Assembly (NCBI GenBank): GCA_043228905.1
Contig: JBHGNT010000001.1
Span: 19,096,001 to 19,160,000 of the forward strand
Origin: Azolla caroliniana
Lineage: Eukaryota > Plantae > Polypodiophyta
Reading direction: 5' to 3'
DNA: 64,000 nt
A model generated the notes under the pieces. The model was given only the letters and a program-made list of their open reading frames with translations. It searched no databases and was not told the origin of the DNA. Of the stretch, positions 47,328-58,700 are shown piece after piece. The number at the start of each line of letters is the position of its first letter. The first letter of the stretch is position 1. The position numbers and the translations under genes are program-made.

Positions 47328-50300
47328 GTATGTTTTCACTGTATACAATACATCCTGTCAATACTTTTTTTTTTCTTCAATTATGCCTCAGATTTTCTCT
47401 CTTCCGTTTCACTCTATCAAATTCTTTTCCAACCTTTTTTGTTTTGTTTCTGTTCTTTTTTCCGTTTCACTCTATCAAATTCTTCTCTTTTTTATATCTT
47501 TGCGCACATCCTTGGATGCTCTTTATTCTATAGAATCTGCTCATTCTCTGTCTTTGTTTTACACACTTATATTCTGCTTAGATCTTCGAATCTTCTCGTT
47601 TTCTCAACCTGTCATTACATTCTTACATGCAGTTTATGTCTTCAAATCCTCTCGTTTTCCTTTCTCTGTGGGGAATTTTCAATTTTTTAATATGTCCTTT
47701 TATGCTGTTTATATTCATCATCTCTGCATGCATCCATATGTACTGCTATTTCTTCAAAATTGAGTGTTTCCATTTCTTTTTATATCCCGTATTTGCTTCC
47801 ATAGCTTTTCAATTCTCTCATTTACATCTGTATCCATACGTTTTTTCTTTTTCTTTTGTATGTTTTTTTCTTTTTCTGTTTCCTTTGTACTGTGTGGCAT
47901 GTATGGTCTTGCTATGTCTTACAAGCCTTCGTGTTACCATCCATGTGCTGATTCTTCTAACAAGTCTGAAATAATTTCCCATGGTTCTTCATATTTTAAT
48001 GCCATTATATCTTCTAAGTGGTAGCTCTTCACAAATTCTGCAAGATTGCGTGGTTTATATCTCTTTTCTCTTACCAAATCCTGTTAGTGTTTCCACGTTT
48101 GTTCCGTGTCTTTTATAACTCTAAAGAATTACATGGCAGATAGCCTAATATTTCTCAATTGAATGCCGTACTTTCTCACCATTAAATCTCTGTTACTCTT
48201 TGCAAGCGCTGAAAGGGTTTTCCCTGGAGCTTCCTATGTATTTTACTTTGTTTCTTGCTGTTTTTACCTTTGAAGAATTCCACACTATATTGATTAGCAT
48301 TCCTGAATTAAATTCCATGCATTCTCATGGTCTTACCTGATTCATGGCATTTAAATGCTGAGAGATTTATAAGGATTTTCAAATGCCTGTTTCTTCACTG
48401 CAAGCTTTTTATATCCTTGTGATGCATGAGTTTAATCATGCAAGTTTCATATGGTTCTTCATATGTCTTTTAACAGTTCCGTTACCCTAATGTACTTTCT
48501 CTTGTTGATTCCTCCTAAATCATGCAATATTCTCTATAGATCTTGATATTTTGTTTACACGTTTCCAAACCTACAATGCTGCACAGATCTTCTAACATTT
48601 TGTTTGCCTTTTCTCTTGCTAATTTCCTCCATACCTTGCAAGTTTCTCTATGGATAAACTTCATATTACTTTTACAACTTTGCTACCCATTCGTATCTCT
48701 AGATAAATGTAGCATTTGTAATTCAAATCCCTTTGTTCACACCATTTCGTTCTATCCATAGTACTACATATTCACTCACAAATGCTGCAAAATTTTATGC
48801 CTATCTTCATATGTCTTTCTTTCATGCTTTTGCCTCAGCTTGAGAACCATGATTCTTCAACAAATCACACAATTGTTTCAATCAAACTTCATATGTCTAT
48901 CATGAATTTGGTTACCTTTTGTAACTTTAAAGATTTGTATGGTATGTATGTAGCTCAGCTTTTCTCAGTCTCTGTTTCTCACTGTTTAAAAGAATTTCTT
49001 GTTCCACATGCTGATCCCGCCAATACCTATGTCTATTACACCTTTCCCCCCTCATGCATCTTCGTGTCTTTTATGCTGTCCATATCTTTTTATGCCTTCT
49101 CTCAGCATTTTTCAAGGTATGCAACATTAAAGATTTGTATGGTATGTGTATGTAGCTCAGCTTTTCTCAGTCTCTGTTTCTCACTGTTTTAAAGAATTTC
49201 TTGTTCCACATGCTGATCCCTCCAATACCTATGTCTATTACACCTTTTCTCCCCCATTGATCTTCGTGTCTTTTATGGCCTCTCTTACATTGCCTTCTTT
49301 ATTATGTTTTATGCTGTCCATATCTTTTTATGCCTTCTCTCAGCATTTTTCAAGGTATGCAACATTACATTCCTCAATCAATGTCCCTGGTCTTCTCATC
49401 ATTTTAGTGTACAAAGGGCACTGCATGTTGATTCTTCCCAAATACTGCAGGATTTTCAATAGATTTGCACCTTTGTCTAGAATCTTTCAAGGGATATGGC
49501 TTTGCATTGTTCAATTGGATTTCCTTTCTTTCTCATTGTTCAAATCAGTGCATGGCACCAAATGCCAAATCTTCCTATATCCGAAAACATCCATTGTGTA
49601 CAGTCATTCATCATTTATGTTTTACCTTGACATTTCTCAATGTAATATACATAGGTTTGAATTTCTCAATGAAGTCCTGATTTGGTCACTGTCTAATAAA
49701 TGGTTTACGGTGCATACTGAGTGGACATTCTGCCCTGCTTTGTTCATTATTTTACTCTATGAATGTGCATGTTATAACTACAGTTTGGAGAATTGGATGA
49801 ATAATGTTAAATTGTGATATTCTGATAATGTTGATGTGAGTATGGGCGTTTTGCAGCCATGTTTACTACATGAGTGGAGATGCTTGGAAAGATGGTGGCA
49901 TCGATTGTACTGGTATATACAGTTTATTTTTGAGTTTTCTTTCACGTTGATTTGTGAATTATACAAATAAGCATGCACATAACAATTTTGTTGACATGCA
50001 AACTGCAAACTAAATATTCTAAATGGGTAGACACAATTATTACGCAGGAGTGAGACAGTCAAAATTTTTATCGAGGTTTTTGTAAATTCAAGTACATGGA
50101 CTTATTTTTAGATTTGATTGAACATTAAAACAATTTGGTATAAATCCATGCATGCGAGACTATGATAGATATGTAGTTGTTGGTTGATTTTCCCAATAAG
50201 GTCAATTATCAGATGAATCTTTACTAAGCTTACTGTTGGGTTTTCATGAGCACTCCAAACTGAATTGCAATTATCATCATTCTTTCCCTGAAAAAAGCTT

Positions 50301-52739
50301 GCCATTTTGAGCTGATTTTCCTCTTTTCGATGTAGATTGTAAATGGTTGATTTTATTTGATATAGAGATGTTACATTTGTGAAGCTTTTATATTTGTAGG
50401 CGCTCTCATGGTTTTGACTCTGAAAGTTATTTCTGCTGCAATGAATTATCAAGATGGTTTATTAAAGGAAGAGGAATTGCGGCCTGCCCAGAAAAAATAT
50501 AGGATTTTAAATCTTCCTTCATTCATAGAGTATGCTGGGTTCTGTCTCTGTTGTGGCACCCACTTAGCAGGTCCAGTGTATGAGTTACAAGATTATCTTG
50601 ATTGGACGGCTGAGAAAGGGGTAATTGAATAACAGAAACAAAACTACTGAAAGTTTATGTTAGAAAAACCTCTGAAATACTCTTTAAGTTTTTCTTTGTC
50701 TCCCCAAATGCCTCTGCTTAACCTTGAAAGAGAGAAATGGGAACAGATCAATCATATAATTGCTCCAATAATACAAAAACAGGGAATGAATAAGGATTAA
50801 TTGACAATGTAATAGTTCAAATAACAATGTATAGTTGCAGAGAGTAAAGAAAACTAGAGGCATCTGTGGACATAAAGAAAACTTAGGGGCATTTGGGAAA
50901 ATAAAGAAAAGTTCAGAGTCTCTGGGCATTCAGGGATATTTCAGAGTTTTCCCCTTACTTTTATAGTGTGTTTTTTCATCTAATAATCAATCAGTTTACA
51001 CGTTTGGGTTGTCAAATTTGTTTGCAGGCATGGAGTCAAAAACTCTTGCCTTCACCCTATGGTGGTGCTTCAAGAGCATTTTTACAGGCAATTTTGAGCA
51101 TGGGACTCTATACCTACCTAACTCCTCGTTTCTCTGTATCTAGAATATTTGAACCTCAATATAAGAGTTGGGGATTCTGGGCACGGTTGGGCTATCAGTG
51201 GTTGGCTGGATTTACAGTTCGCTGGAAGTATTATTTCATATGGTCGCTAGCGGAAACTTCTGTGATTATATCAGGATTTGGTTTCAGTGGATGGTCAGAG
51301 TCATGTCCAGGGAAACCTAAATGGGACCGTGCAAGGAATGTTGATATTATTGGAGTAGAACTAGCTGAGACCAGTGCAGTATTACCTCTTGTTTGGAACA
51401 TTCATGTCAGCACATGGCTTCGTCTATGTATCCTTTCTAACCCATGTATTTTTTTAATTGTTCTGAATAGCAAACATTATTATTATTATTATTTTGGAAA
51501 AAAATTGCAAGTCCTCCATTGTAATTTTAACCCCTGAAGAGAGAAAAAGAGGATGAATTGACCTTACCATCGTGAAGCTGAGGATGAATTGGCCTTACAG
51601 TTGTGAAGCTGATGATGAATTGCCTATATAGGTGCTCAAATATGATGTATAGTTACTTTTTTAGGGCTGAGCAAGGGCATCTGTGAAATGAAGGAAAATG
51701 TAGGGAGAGTTTTCCCTTTATTTTTTGGTAAACAGTGTTGTCTTATTTTATATTAGTACATAGTATAAGGTATTGTTCCTATTTTCAAATTATTTTGTTT
51801 ACCTTGACCCTAGCACAGATGTATATGATAGGCTCAGCAAGAAAGGGAGAAAACCTGGTCTTTCGGAGCTATTGCTGACTCAAATTGTTAGTGCAGTCTG
51901 GCATGTAAGAGTAGCTTGACTTACTGATTCATACATTAATTTATTCTGAAGAGATACCCCGTAAATTATGCAATTTAAATTTGATTCTGTTTCCTGCATA
52001 CATCCATTCTCAACATATATTGAGTAAATTATTCATTTTAATTTTGATTAAATTTTCGTCATTCATCAAGGTTGTGTATAATTCACTTAATTATACATTT
52101 TACTTATGACTAGTATGTGGTGGGGGACTTTTCATCTGTGCAGGGTTTATATGCTGGCTATATACTATTTTTTGTACATAGTGCTCTTATGATTGCGGGG
52201 TCAAGAGGTAAGCCCTTCACCATAGCAAGATCTAATTTTTGAAAATAATCTTGATTTGTATGTATATGCCTGAAACTGTCTTTCTATGCCATTTACAGTT
52301 ATTTACAGATGGCAGCAAGCAATTCGTGGGAGGTCATGGATTTTAAATAAAGTCGTTCAGCTTGGAAGCCTTTCATACACAATCCTTGTGTTGAATTATG
52401 CTTGCATTGGTTTCGTTGTATTGCTCGTTCTTTTCCAGCTTAATAACAGCTTAGGAAGTAGCTCACATTTTTGTGATAGTTCTTTCTTAATTTTCTTTCA
52501 GAATATTGAAGAATGTTACAAAAAATTCTATACATGTTTGCGTGCTAATTAGACTCCTGCATTGATAACCATCTGTTTTTTTTCTTCTTTCTACTCTACA
52601 GGTATTGAATCTCCACCAGACATTGGAATCATATCAGAGTGTATATTATGTTGGGACAATACTATCAATGGCTCTGATTATTCTTGGTAGTGTAATAAAA
52701 CCTCCAAAGTCTACAGGGGTTAAGGCTAAGAACAACTAG
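47020..52739 (+). CDS. LPLAT1: Lysophospholipid acyltransferase (LPLAT/LPCAT, MBOAT family), 8 exons, 463 aa
   Basis: Exons 47020-47327, 49857-49912, 50400-50620, 51028-51427, 51819-51904, 52144-52207, 52299-52417 and 52602-52739; all GT-AG introns; 1392 nt in frame. Motifs SGDAWKDGGID, ALMVLTLK, RWKYYFIW, WNIHVSTWL, catalytic SAVWHG and C-terminal KAKNN (KxKxx ER signal). Start could be any of the ATGs at 47020-47038. Confidence 0.95.
48928..49368 (+). repeat. ~200-240 bp tandem duplication in intron 1
   Basis: AAAGATTTGTATGGTATG...GGTATGCAACATTA occurs twice; the first copy lacks ~35 bp. Confidence 0.85.
49857..49912 (+). CDS. LPLAT1: LPLAT exon 2
   Basis: HVYYMSGDAWKDGGIDCT between TTGCAG and GTAT. 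Confidence 0.92.
50400..50620 (+). CDS. LPLAT1: LPLAT exon 3
   Basis: GALMVLTLK...DWTAEKG. Confidence 0.93.
50663..50953. repeat. MITE-like inverted repeat in intron 3
   Basis: AAACCTCTGAAATAC..CCCCAAATGCCTCT pairs with AGAGGCATCTG/GGGGCATTTGGG..ATATTTCAGAGTTTT; related fragment at ~51672-51720. Confidence 0.55.
51028..51427 (+). CDS. LPLAT1: LPLAT exon 4
   Basis: AWSQKLLPSPYG...WNIHVSTWLRL. Confidence 0.93.
51819..51904 (+). CDS. LPLAT1: LPLAT exon 5
   Basis: YVYDRLSKKGRKPG...SAVWH. Confidence 0.92.
52144..52207 (+). CDS. LPLAT1: LPLAT exon 6
   Basis: GLYAGYILFFVHSALMIAGSR. Confidence 0.92.
52299..52417 (+). CDS. LPLAT1: LPLAT exon 7
   Basis: VIYRWQQAI...LNYACIGFV. Confidence 0.92.
52602..52739 (+). 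CDS. LPLAT1: LPLAT exon 8
   Basis: VLNLHQTLESYQSVYYVGT...KAKNN*. Confidence 0.92.
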   Translation, partial: VLNLHQTLESYQSVYYVGTILSMALIILGSVIKPPKSTGVKAKNN

Positions 52740-52754
52740 TTCCATTCAAGTACG

Positions 52755-53026
52755 TAACAGTGGTGTTTATGAGATGGAAGTGATCAGGGGAAAACACCAA
52801 GATACCCTTAACTCGTTGGATAGTTACCAGAGTACTCCCAAGTTTAAAGTTTCAGGAGTACCCTTGAATAGTACAAAGTTTCTGCTACTAAAAAGGAATA
52901 TCCAGTAATTTCTGGAAAGTTAATCGTAATCTGGTTACTATCCCAAACATTGCGGATATTTTGGTGTTTTGCCCTTGATTATTACATGATCCATTTGCGT
53001 AAGTTTGATGTTTTAAACCACTGTTG
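52755..53026. repeat. Long imperfect foldback immediately after the LPLAT stop codon
   Basis: AACAGTGGT/ACCACTGTT, GATCAGGGGAAAACACCAAGATA/TATTTTGGTGTTTTGCCCTTGAT and GGATAGTTACCAGAGTAC/GTAATCTGGTTACTATCC arms. Confidence 0.7.
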
Positions 53027-54843
53027 CTTTATGGTCAGATCAATTCTATTGAATATGAAGAAGAGGCTGCTAAAATCTGATTTTGTGGCATATAAATGCT
53101 TTGATACTCAGGCTTGCTAAATCTTGTTTTATATGAGGTAGTCCTCGTTTAGAAAAGGATGAATTCTATTCTGCGCTCCTCTTGACTTATCTTTACTGAA
53201 ACTATAATACTTAACTTTCTCTTGAAAATCCAATAACACGATCAAACAACGGCTATTTACCCTCCTATCTATATTGTAAATGGTTACTGATATGTGACAC
53301 AGCCATTACCATCATATACATTGTTCTCACATTAGCCGTTGTAATTGTAGTTTTTTGATTATAATGCTGACTTTCGATCTCTGTCAAAGGTCTTGAAATC
53401 GAGCCCCTTGTGTGATGTTGGCAAACAAGTTTCTCTTCATTTTTGCAATATTGAAAGAAGTCTATCCATCTTTATTTTGCCAGGTGTAGACACATGAGCA
53501 CGAAAGTGCTTTTAAACATTCAAAGTATTATGTGTTATACACATCATACTGAGCAAAATCCATCAGCATAGTTTTCGGTTAGTGCATTTCAATGTCATAA
53601 TTTGTCAGCGCTTGCTCAGTTTCATCTACAGAATGCTTCAATGATGTAAAAATTAATTACTTCATGACTATTTGATTTTTCTGAGTCTTTGTGATATGGA
53701 TTCCCCGTCTTCATTTGTGTGTTTGTAGCTTCAATTGAAGCACTTTTGAAGTGAAATGACCTTAGGCAACAAGCTGGCCTTGGTATGGTGTTGATGATGG
53801 GGTTGGCATGTGTTTGTATGGTGTGGCACACCTGAATGAGGTTGACTTCTTGAAACCAAAGGTTTGGCGGTCATCAAGGCATGATGTATTGCTCCATGCA
53901 TAGTATGAACCATACGCACCATATGTGCATTCGCAATCGAGAATGTTTGAATCATTCGAGTATGGTAAACACCCTTGAAGTATGGTAAACACCCTTGAAG
54001 TATGGTAAATACCGTACTTTTGTATTCATTATTTATTATAAGGTAAAAGGTGTAAAAAAGGACGCATAAGAATGTTTTGATAACATGCGCATTTGGTTGC
54101 ATTCGTATGAAAAAGAATGTTTGCCAATGCATTTGAGTATATTACGTACTTTGGATTTGTAACACCATGCATAGGGTTATCAAGGATTGTATCCTTGGAG
54201 TGCTTTTGGCCTTGGTGAGGGTGGCCTTGGTGAGGGGCTTTAGCGTTTGGGAGGCGTGGTTTGCAACATGGAGGATATAGTCAAGGTTATGCTTGAAACA
54301 AGGCATTAGAGAATAAGAAAAGTGCCATCAAATGAGTTGAGTTGATGAATAGGGAAGCGAGGAAGTGAAAGACGAGGATAGCCAATGGTCAATATAAAAA
54401 TCAAGACAAATAGATATGGAATCTATTTTAGAGAAATGGAATCTTTAGACTTTTGATATGGATTCACATTCATTCCTCATATTTTGAATTGTGTTATTTT
54501 TACTTTGCATCTTCTTAAAGTGTTTTTATTAAGATTAAGCAAAACTAAAGAGGAAAACAAGGAAGAAAGGATGTTAGACCACCCCTTAAACCTCGAACGA
54601 TGTCTTGTACTGCCGTGTACGAACATGGATCATACCTTGAGTTTGAAGAAAGAGAGAGCTGCACATGTATGAAGTTAGAGCTTTCCCACACAGTTAGAGT
54701 CTCTATCTCAAGACACTAAAGAAAAGAGATTACCCTTCATGAAGGTAGGATTGAGATATCTCCCACTGTAGGATTGAGATAATTGAATCCTCACCCTTCA
54801 TACTTAAAATTTAACTGACAACTATAGTTACTATTATACTTGT

Positions 54844-55220
54844 TGTCGCGAATATCCGCATGTACGTGTCGGCTTGGGCGGGACCACAGGGGTCTTGGAC
54901 TAGGGAGTAAAAGGGGGGAATGGGAGCTTATCCCTAACGGGATTTCGAGCATGAGAGGGTAAGAACAATGTGCAAAAGATTAACATGGCGAAGAATTAGA
55001 CGAGCCAAGGTTGGGATGACACGAGGTTCACTAAACAAATCTTCATTATAAGGCATGAAAGCCACATTAAGATATACAACCACGATCGTTTAAGCCGGAC
55101 TAAAGCATGACTAGGTGAAAACAACAAAAGGGCTATAGAGTGAGAACCAAAACCCTACGAGGAAGAAGAAACCCTAACCGAAAGGGCTATAGAGGGATGT
55201 GTGGGTTCGGAGGGGGCGAT
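54844..55220 (-). repeat. Partial LTR related to 20144-20847
   Basis: Starts with TGTCGCG and shares GGGCGGGACCAC.GGGGTCTTG with the 20144 LTR; right end uncertain. Confidence 0.55.
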
Positions 55221-55451
55221 TGTCGTAGTGTAGTTTGTACACTACATGAAAAACGTATAAAATAACTGATTTAATAAATACAAAGAAAAAGAAGAAAATA
55301 TTAAAATATATATTACATGGATAGGGCGAGATTCAAACATTGTACCTCCACGTGAATAATTTGTAGCTTTACCATTACACTAACATATCATGAGTGTTAG
55401 AAAAGTAGATATCCCATATACAAACGTTATCTTATGCATATTTCTAAGAAA

Positions 55452-55621
55452 ATGCTACTCATGCACATCTAGCGTGCATGAACACTATAGTTAGAAAAAG
55501 CACGATAGAAAAATAAAGCTACTCATGTAAATCTAGTGTGCATGAATGCTTTAGTTAAAAGAAAACGTATCATCGAAAAAGTTATTCATGCACATCTCAC
55601 GTGCATGAACACTATTATTAG
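55452..55621 (+). repeat. Three tandem ~63-bp units, each with a TCATGCAC..GTGCATGA hairpin
   Basis: Units at ~55455, ~55519 and ~55581. Confidence 0.7.
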
Positions 55622-55729
55622 AAGAAAAAACATGAAGTCGCTAAGCCTCTCCCATCACTATATAAGGATGGGAAGCACAATGTAATAGGGGGGGGGGGGG
55701 GGGGGGATAATATGGGTTGATTATTTAGG

Positions 55730-58700
55730 TCCTTACCGGCTTGGTGGTAGCCGTTTTCCTCACAGGTTGTCGTCTTGGTTGGCCTGCCAGCGTCCGATTC
55801 GGTGTCGGCCATTCGTTCAAATGGGTTCTTGGGCATAGGTCCTTTGTATGGCTTTAGTCTAAATCTGTTGACCCATTTACCCAGTACCTCGCCGGCAAGT
55901 GTCCCTAATTGGTAAGACCCATTGAACCCGCCTGTGATCCAGTACGGTCCGGTCCATCTAAACCGTAGTTTGCCTGGCATTTTACCCATCCGGGTCTGGA
56001 ACACTAGTACCGGCTTGCCGATTTCGAACATCTTTTTGTTTCCCTTCCGGTGCCGATCTACAAACGCTTTCCATCGCCGTTGTTCCAATTCCAGGTGCAT
56101 GATGCTCGCCAGTCGGTGTTCTTCTAGTTCACACAGAGCCTTTAACCGAATTGCCTCCGATTCCTTTTCATTAAGTCGTTCCCTAATCTGGATCCGTAAG
56201 CTCGGTACCTGGAACTCGACCGGCATGACTGCCTCTAATCCGAATGCTAACCGGAACGACGTTGTTCAGATGCTTGTTTTGTACGTTGCTCGGTAAGCCC
56301 AGAGCGCACTGTGCAGCTTCGTGTCCCAATCTGTCAGATTCTCATTGACGATCTTGCGCAGGATATTTTGTAGCGTTTTGTTTGTTGACTCAGCTAATCT
56401 GTTGGCTTGTGGGTAGTACGGGGTGCTCTGTTTATGTACTATCGCATAGAATGACGTCAAGCTCTCCACTACTTGTCCAAGAAAGTGTCCTCCTTGGTCG
56501 CTTATAAGCTCTATGGGGCATCCGTACCGGCACCAAATGTATTCGTATAAGAATTTTGCTGTCGACACCGTGGTGTTGTCTCGTAGGGCTTTGGCTTCCA
56601 CCCATTTAGTGCAGTAGTCTGTCACGACAATCACATACCGGTTGCCAGTTCTCATTGCCGATGGTTTAAATGGTCAGACAAAATCTAGTCCCCATTTCTG
56701 AAATGGTTCTAGTGGTAGTACTGGCTAGTGCGGCATCCTAGCTTGTTCCGTTGGCTGGCCCATTGCTGGCATAGATCACACTCTTTCGCGTACTGGACTT
56801 CGTCTTTCAATGTAGTCGGCCACCAAAGGCTACTTTGCCATATCTTCCTTGCCGTAGCATCCCGGCCATAATGGCCTCCGGCGACTCCGCAGTTTGCTTC
56901 GCACCGCTCGTCGCCATATACTGTCCGCACCTTTGTGGTATAGCGTGTCCTGTAATAAACAGACGTGCCGGCTTTGTACCGCCAAACGTTTCCTCTCGTC
57001 CCGGTTCATCTCCTCCGGAGGCAATCCGGTGCTCAGAAATTGGTGCATATTTGTTAGCCACTTATCTTCTGGTGCCACTGTTTCATCTGTTGCCGTTTCC
57101 GCGGTGACTCGAAATAGCTCAACATCCGGAAACTCGTCCGGTACTCCATCGCTAGTTTCGCCGGAATCTAACTGGCTTAAATAATTTGCTACCGCATGTT
57201 GTATGTCGGGTCGGTGGAATATCTCGAATTCGAATTCTTGTAATAGCAAAGTCCACCGGGCCAACTTACCGGTAAGTGACACTTTGGACACTAGGTAGAG
57301 GAGGGCCGAATGATTTACATTGAAGGAAAACTTTCTTCCCAATAACTAATGCCTGAATTTTGTTACGCTGTAGATCATGCCTAAAGCTTCCCTTTCTGTG
57401 GTGGAATAATTTCGTTCGGCTTGGGATAACTTCCGGCTTGCGTAATATACGGGCCAGTACCATCTTGGCTCCGTAAGTTGCATCAGTGCACTCCCGATTG
57501 CAATGTCAGACGCATCCATGAACACATGAAATTCCTTCGCCCAATCCAGGGGTTGCACTACCGGCGCTTGCGACAATAGAACTTTGAGTGCCCGGTACGC
57601 CTTGTCTTCGGTGTCGGTCCACTAGAACGGTGTTCGGTGTACCGCAACATGCAGTGGTTTAGCTAGGTCCGCCAAATACCGGAGCATTCGGCTATGCCAA
57701 CGGATTTGGCCTAAGAAACGGCTCAATGCCTTTGCCGTTGTTGGTGCCGGTGCCTCCAGGATTGCTTTTACTTTGTCCGGATCCACGGCGATGCCCTCCT
57801 TGTTCACAATGTGCCCCAATAGCGTTCCGCTAGATACGCCAAATACACACTTCGCCGGATTCAGGCTTAGCCGATAAGCCCTACACTTTTTTAGACATAG
57901 TCGGAGGTGTTGAAGGTGGTCTCCTTCCCGGCTGTAAACGGCGAAGTCGTCGAGGAACACCTGCATGAACGCCGGTATGAATTCTCCGAATATTTCCATG
58001 ATGATCCTCTGGAACGTTGCCGGCGCCGTTTTGAGTTCGAACATCATCACCACAGCAACAAACACTCCCCATTCAGTGACGAAAGCCGTTTTCTCCTGGT
58101 CATGGCCGGCGACTGCGTCCAAAACTCCATCCGTAAATGGAAGTGGAAATGCATCAGTTACCGTCGCTGCATTAAGCTTCTGGTAGTCGACACATAGTCT
58201 AATTTTGTCGTTTTTCTTTGGTACGACTACTATCGGGCTCAACCATGTAGATTTCTTTACGGTACGGATAAAGCCAACCCTCAGCAGCTTGTCGATTTCC
58301 TCCTTGACTTTGGCGGCGTAGTTTGGATTCATACGATACCGTCGCTGTGCTACCTGTTTGGCGTCTTTGCTCAAATGTATCTAATGCTGATATAGCTGAG
58401 GATCGAGCCCTCTCATATCCTCGTAGGACCAGGCAAACACGTCCCGAAACTCTTTGAGAAGTGTAATCATCGCCGTTCTGTTCTCCGTAGACATTTCCTT
58501 GGCTATCTGCACCGGTCTTGCCTCTTCCGTAGTTCCTAGATTTACCTCCTCTAGTTGGGATTCTTTAACCTGTTGTGATATGGCCATTTCTCTTTCCAGC
58601 GCTTCTTGTGCTTGCCGTAGCTCCTGGATCGCTTCTTTATTTGGTTCCTCGTCCGGTAGCAGTATGTATGGTGATACAACTTCAACTACGTCAATTTCAA

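Noticed and set aside
47020-47763. 247-aa ORF as a complete gene
   Set aside because: Homology stops at the GT donor at 47328; the rest is T-rich intron.
47328-49856. Several hydrophobic ORFs (e.g. 49146-49817)
   Set aside because: T-rich intron 1 sequence with a tandem duplication; no protein motifs.
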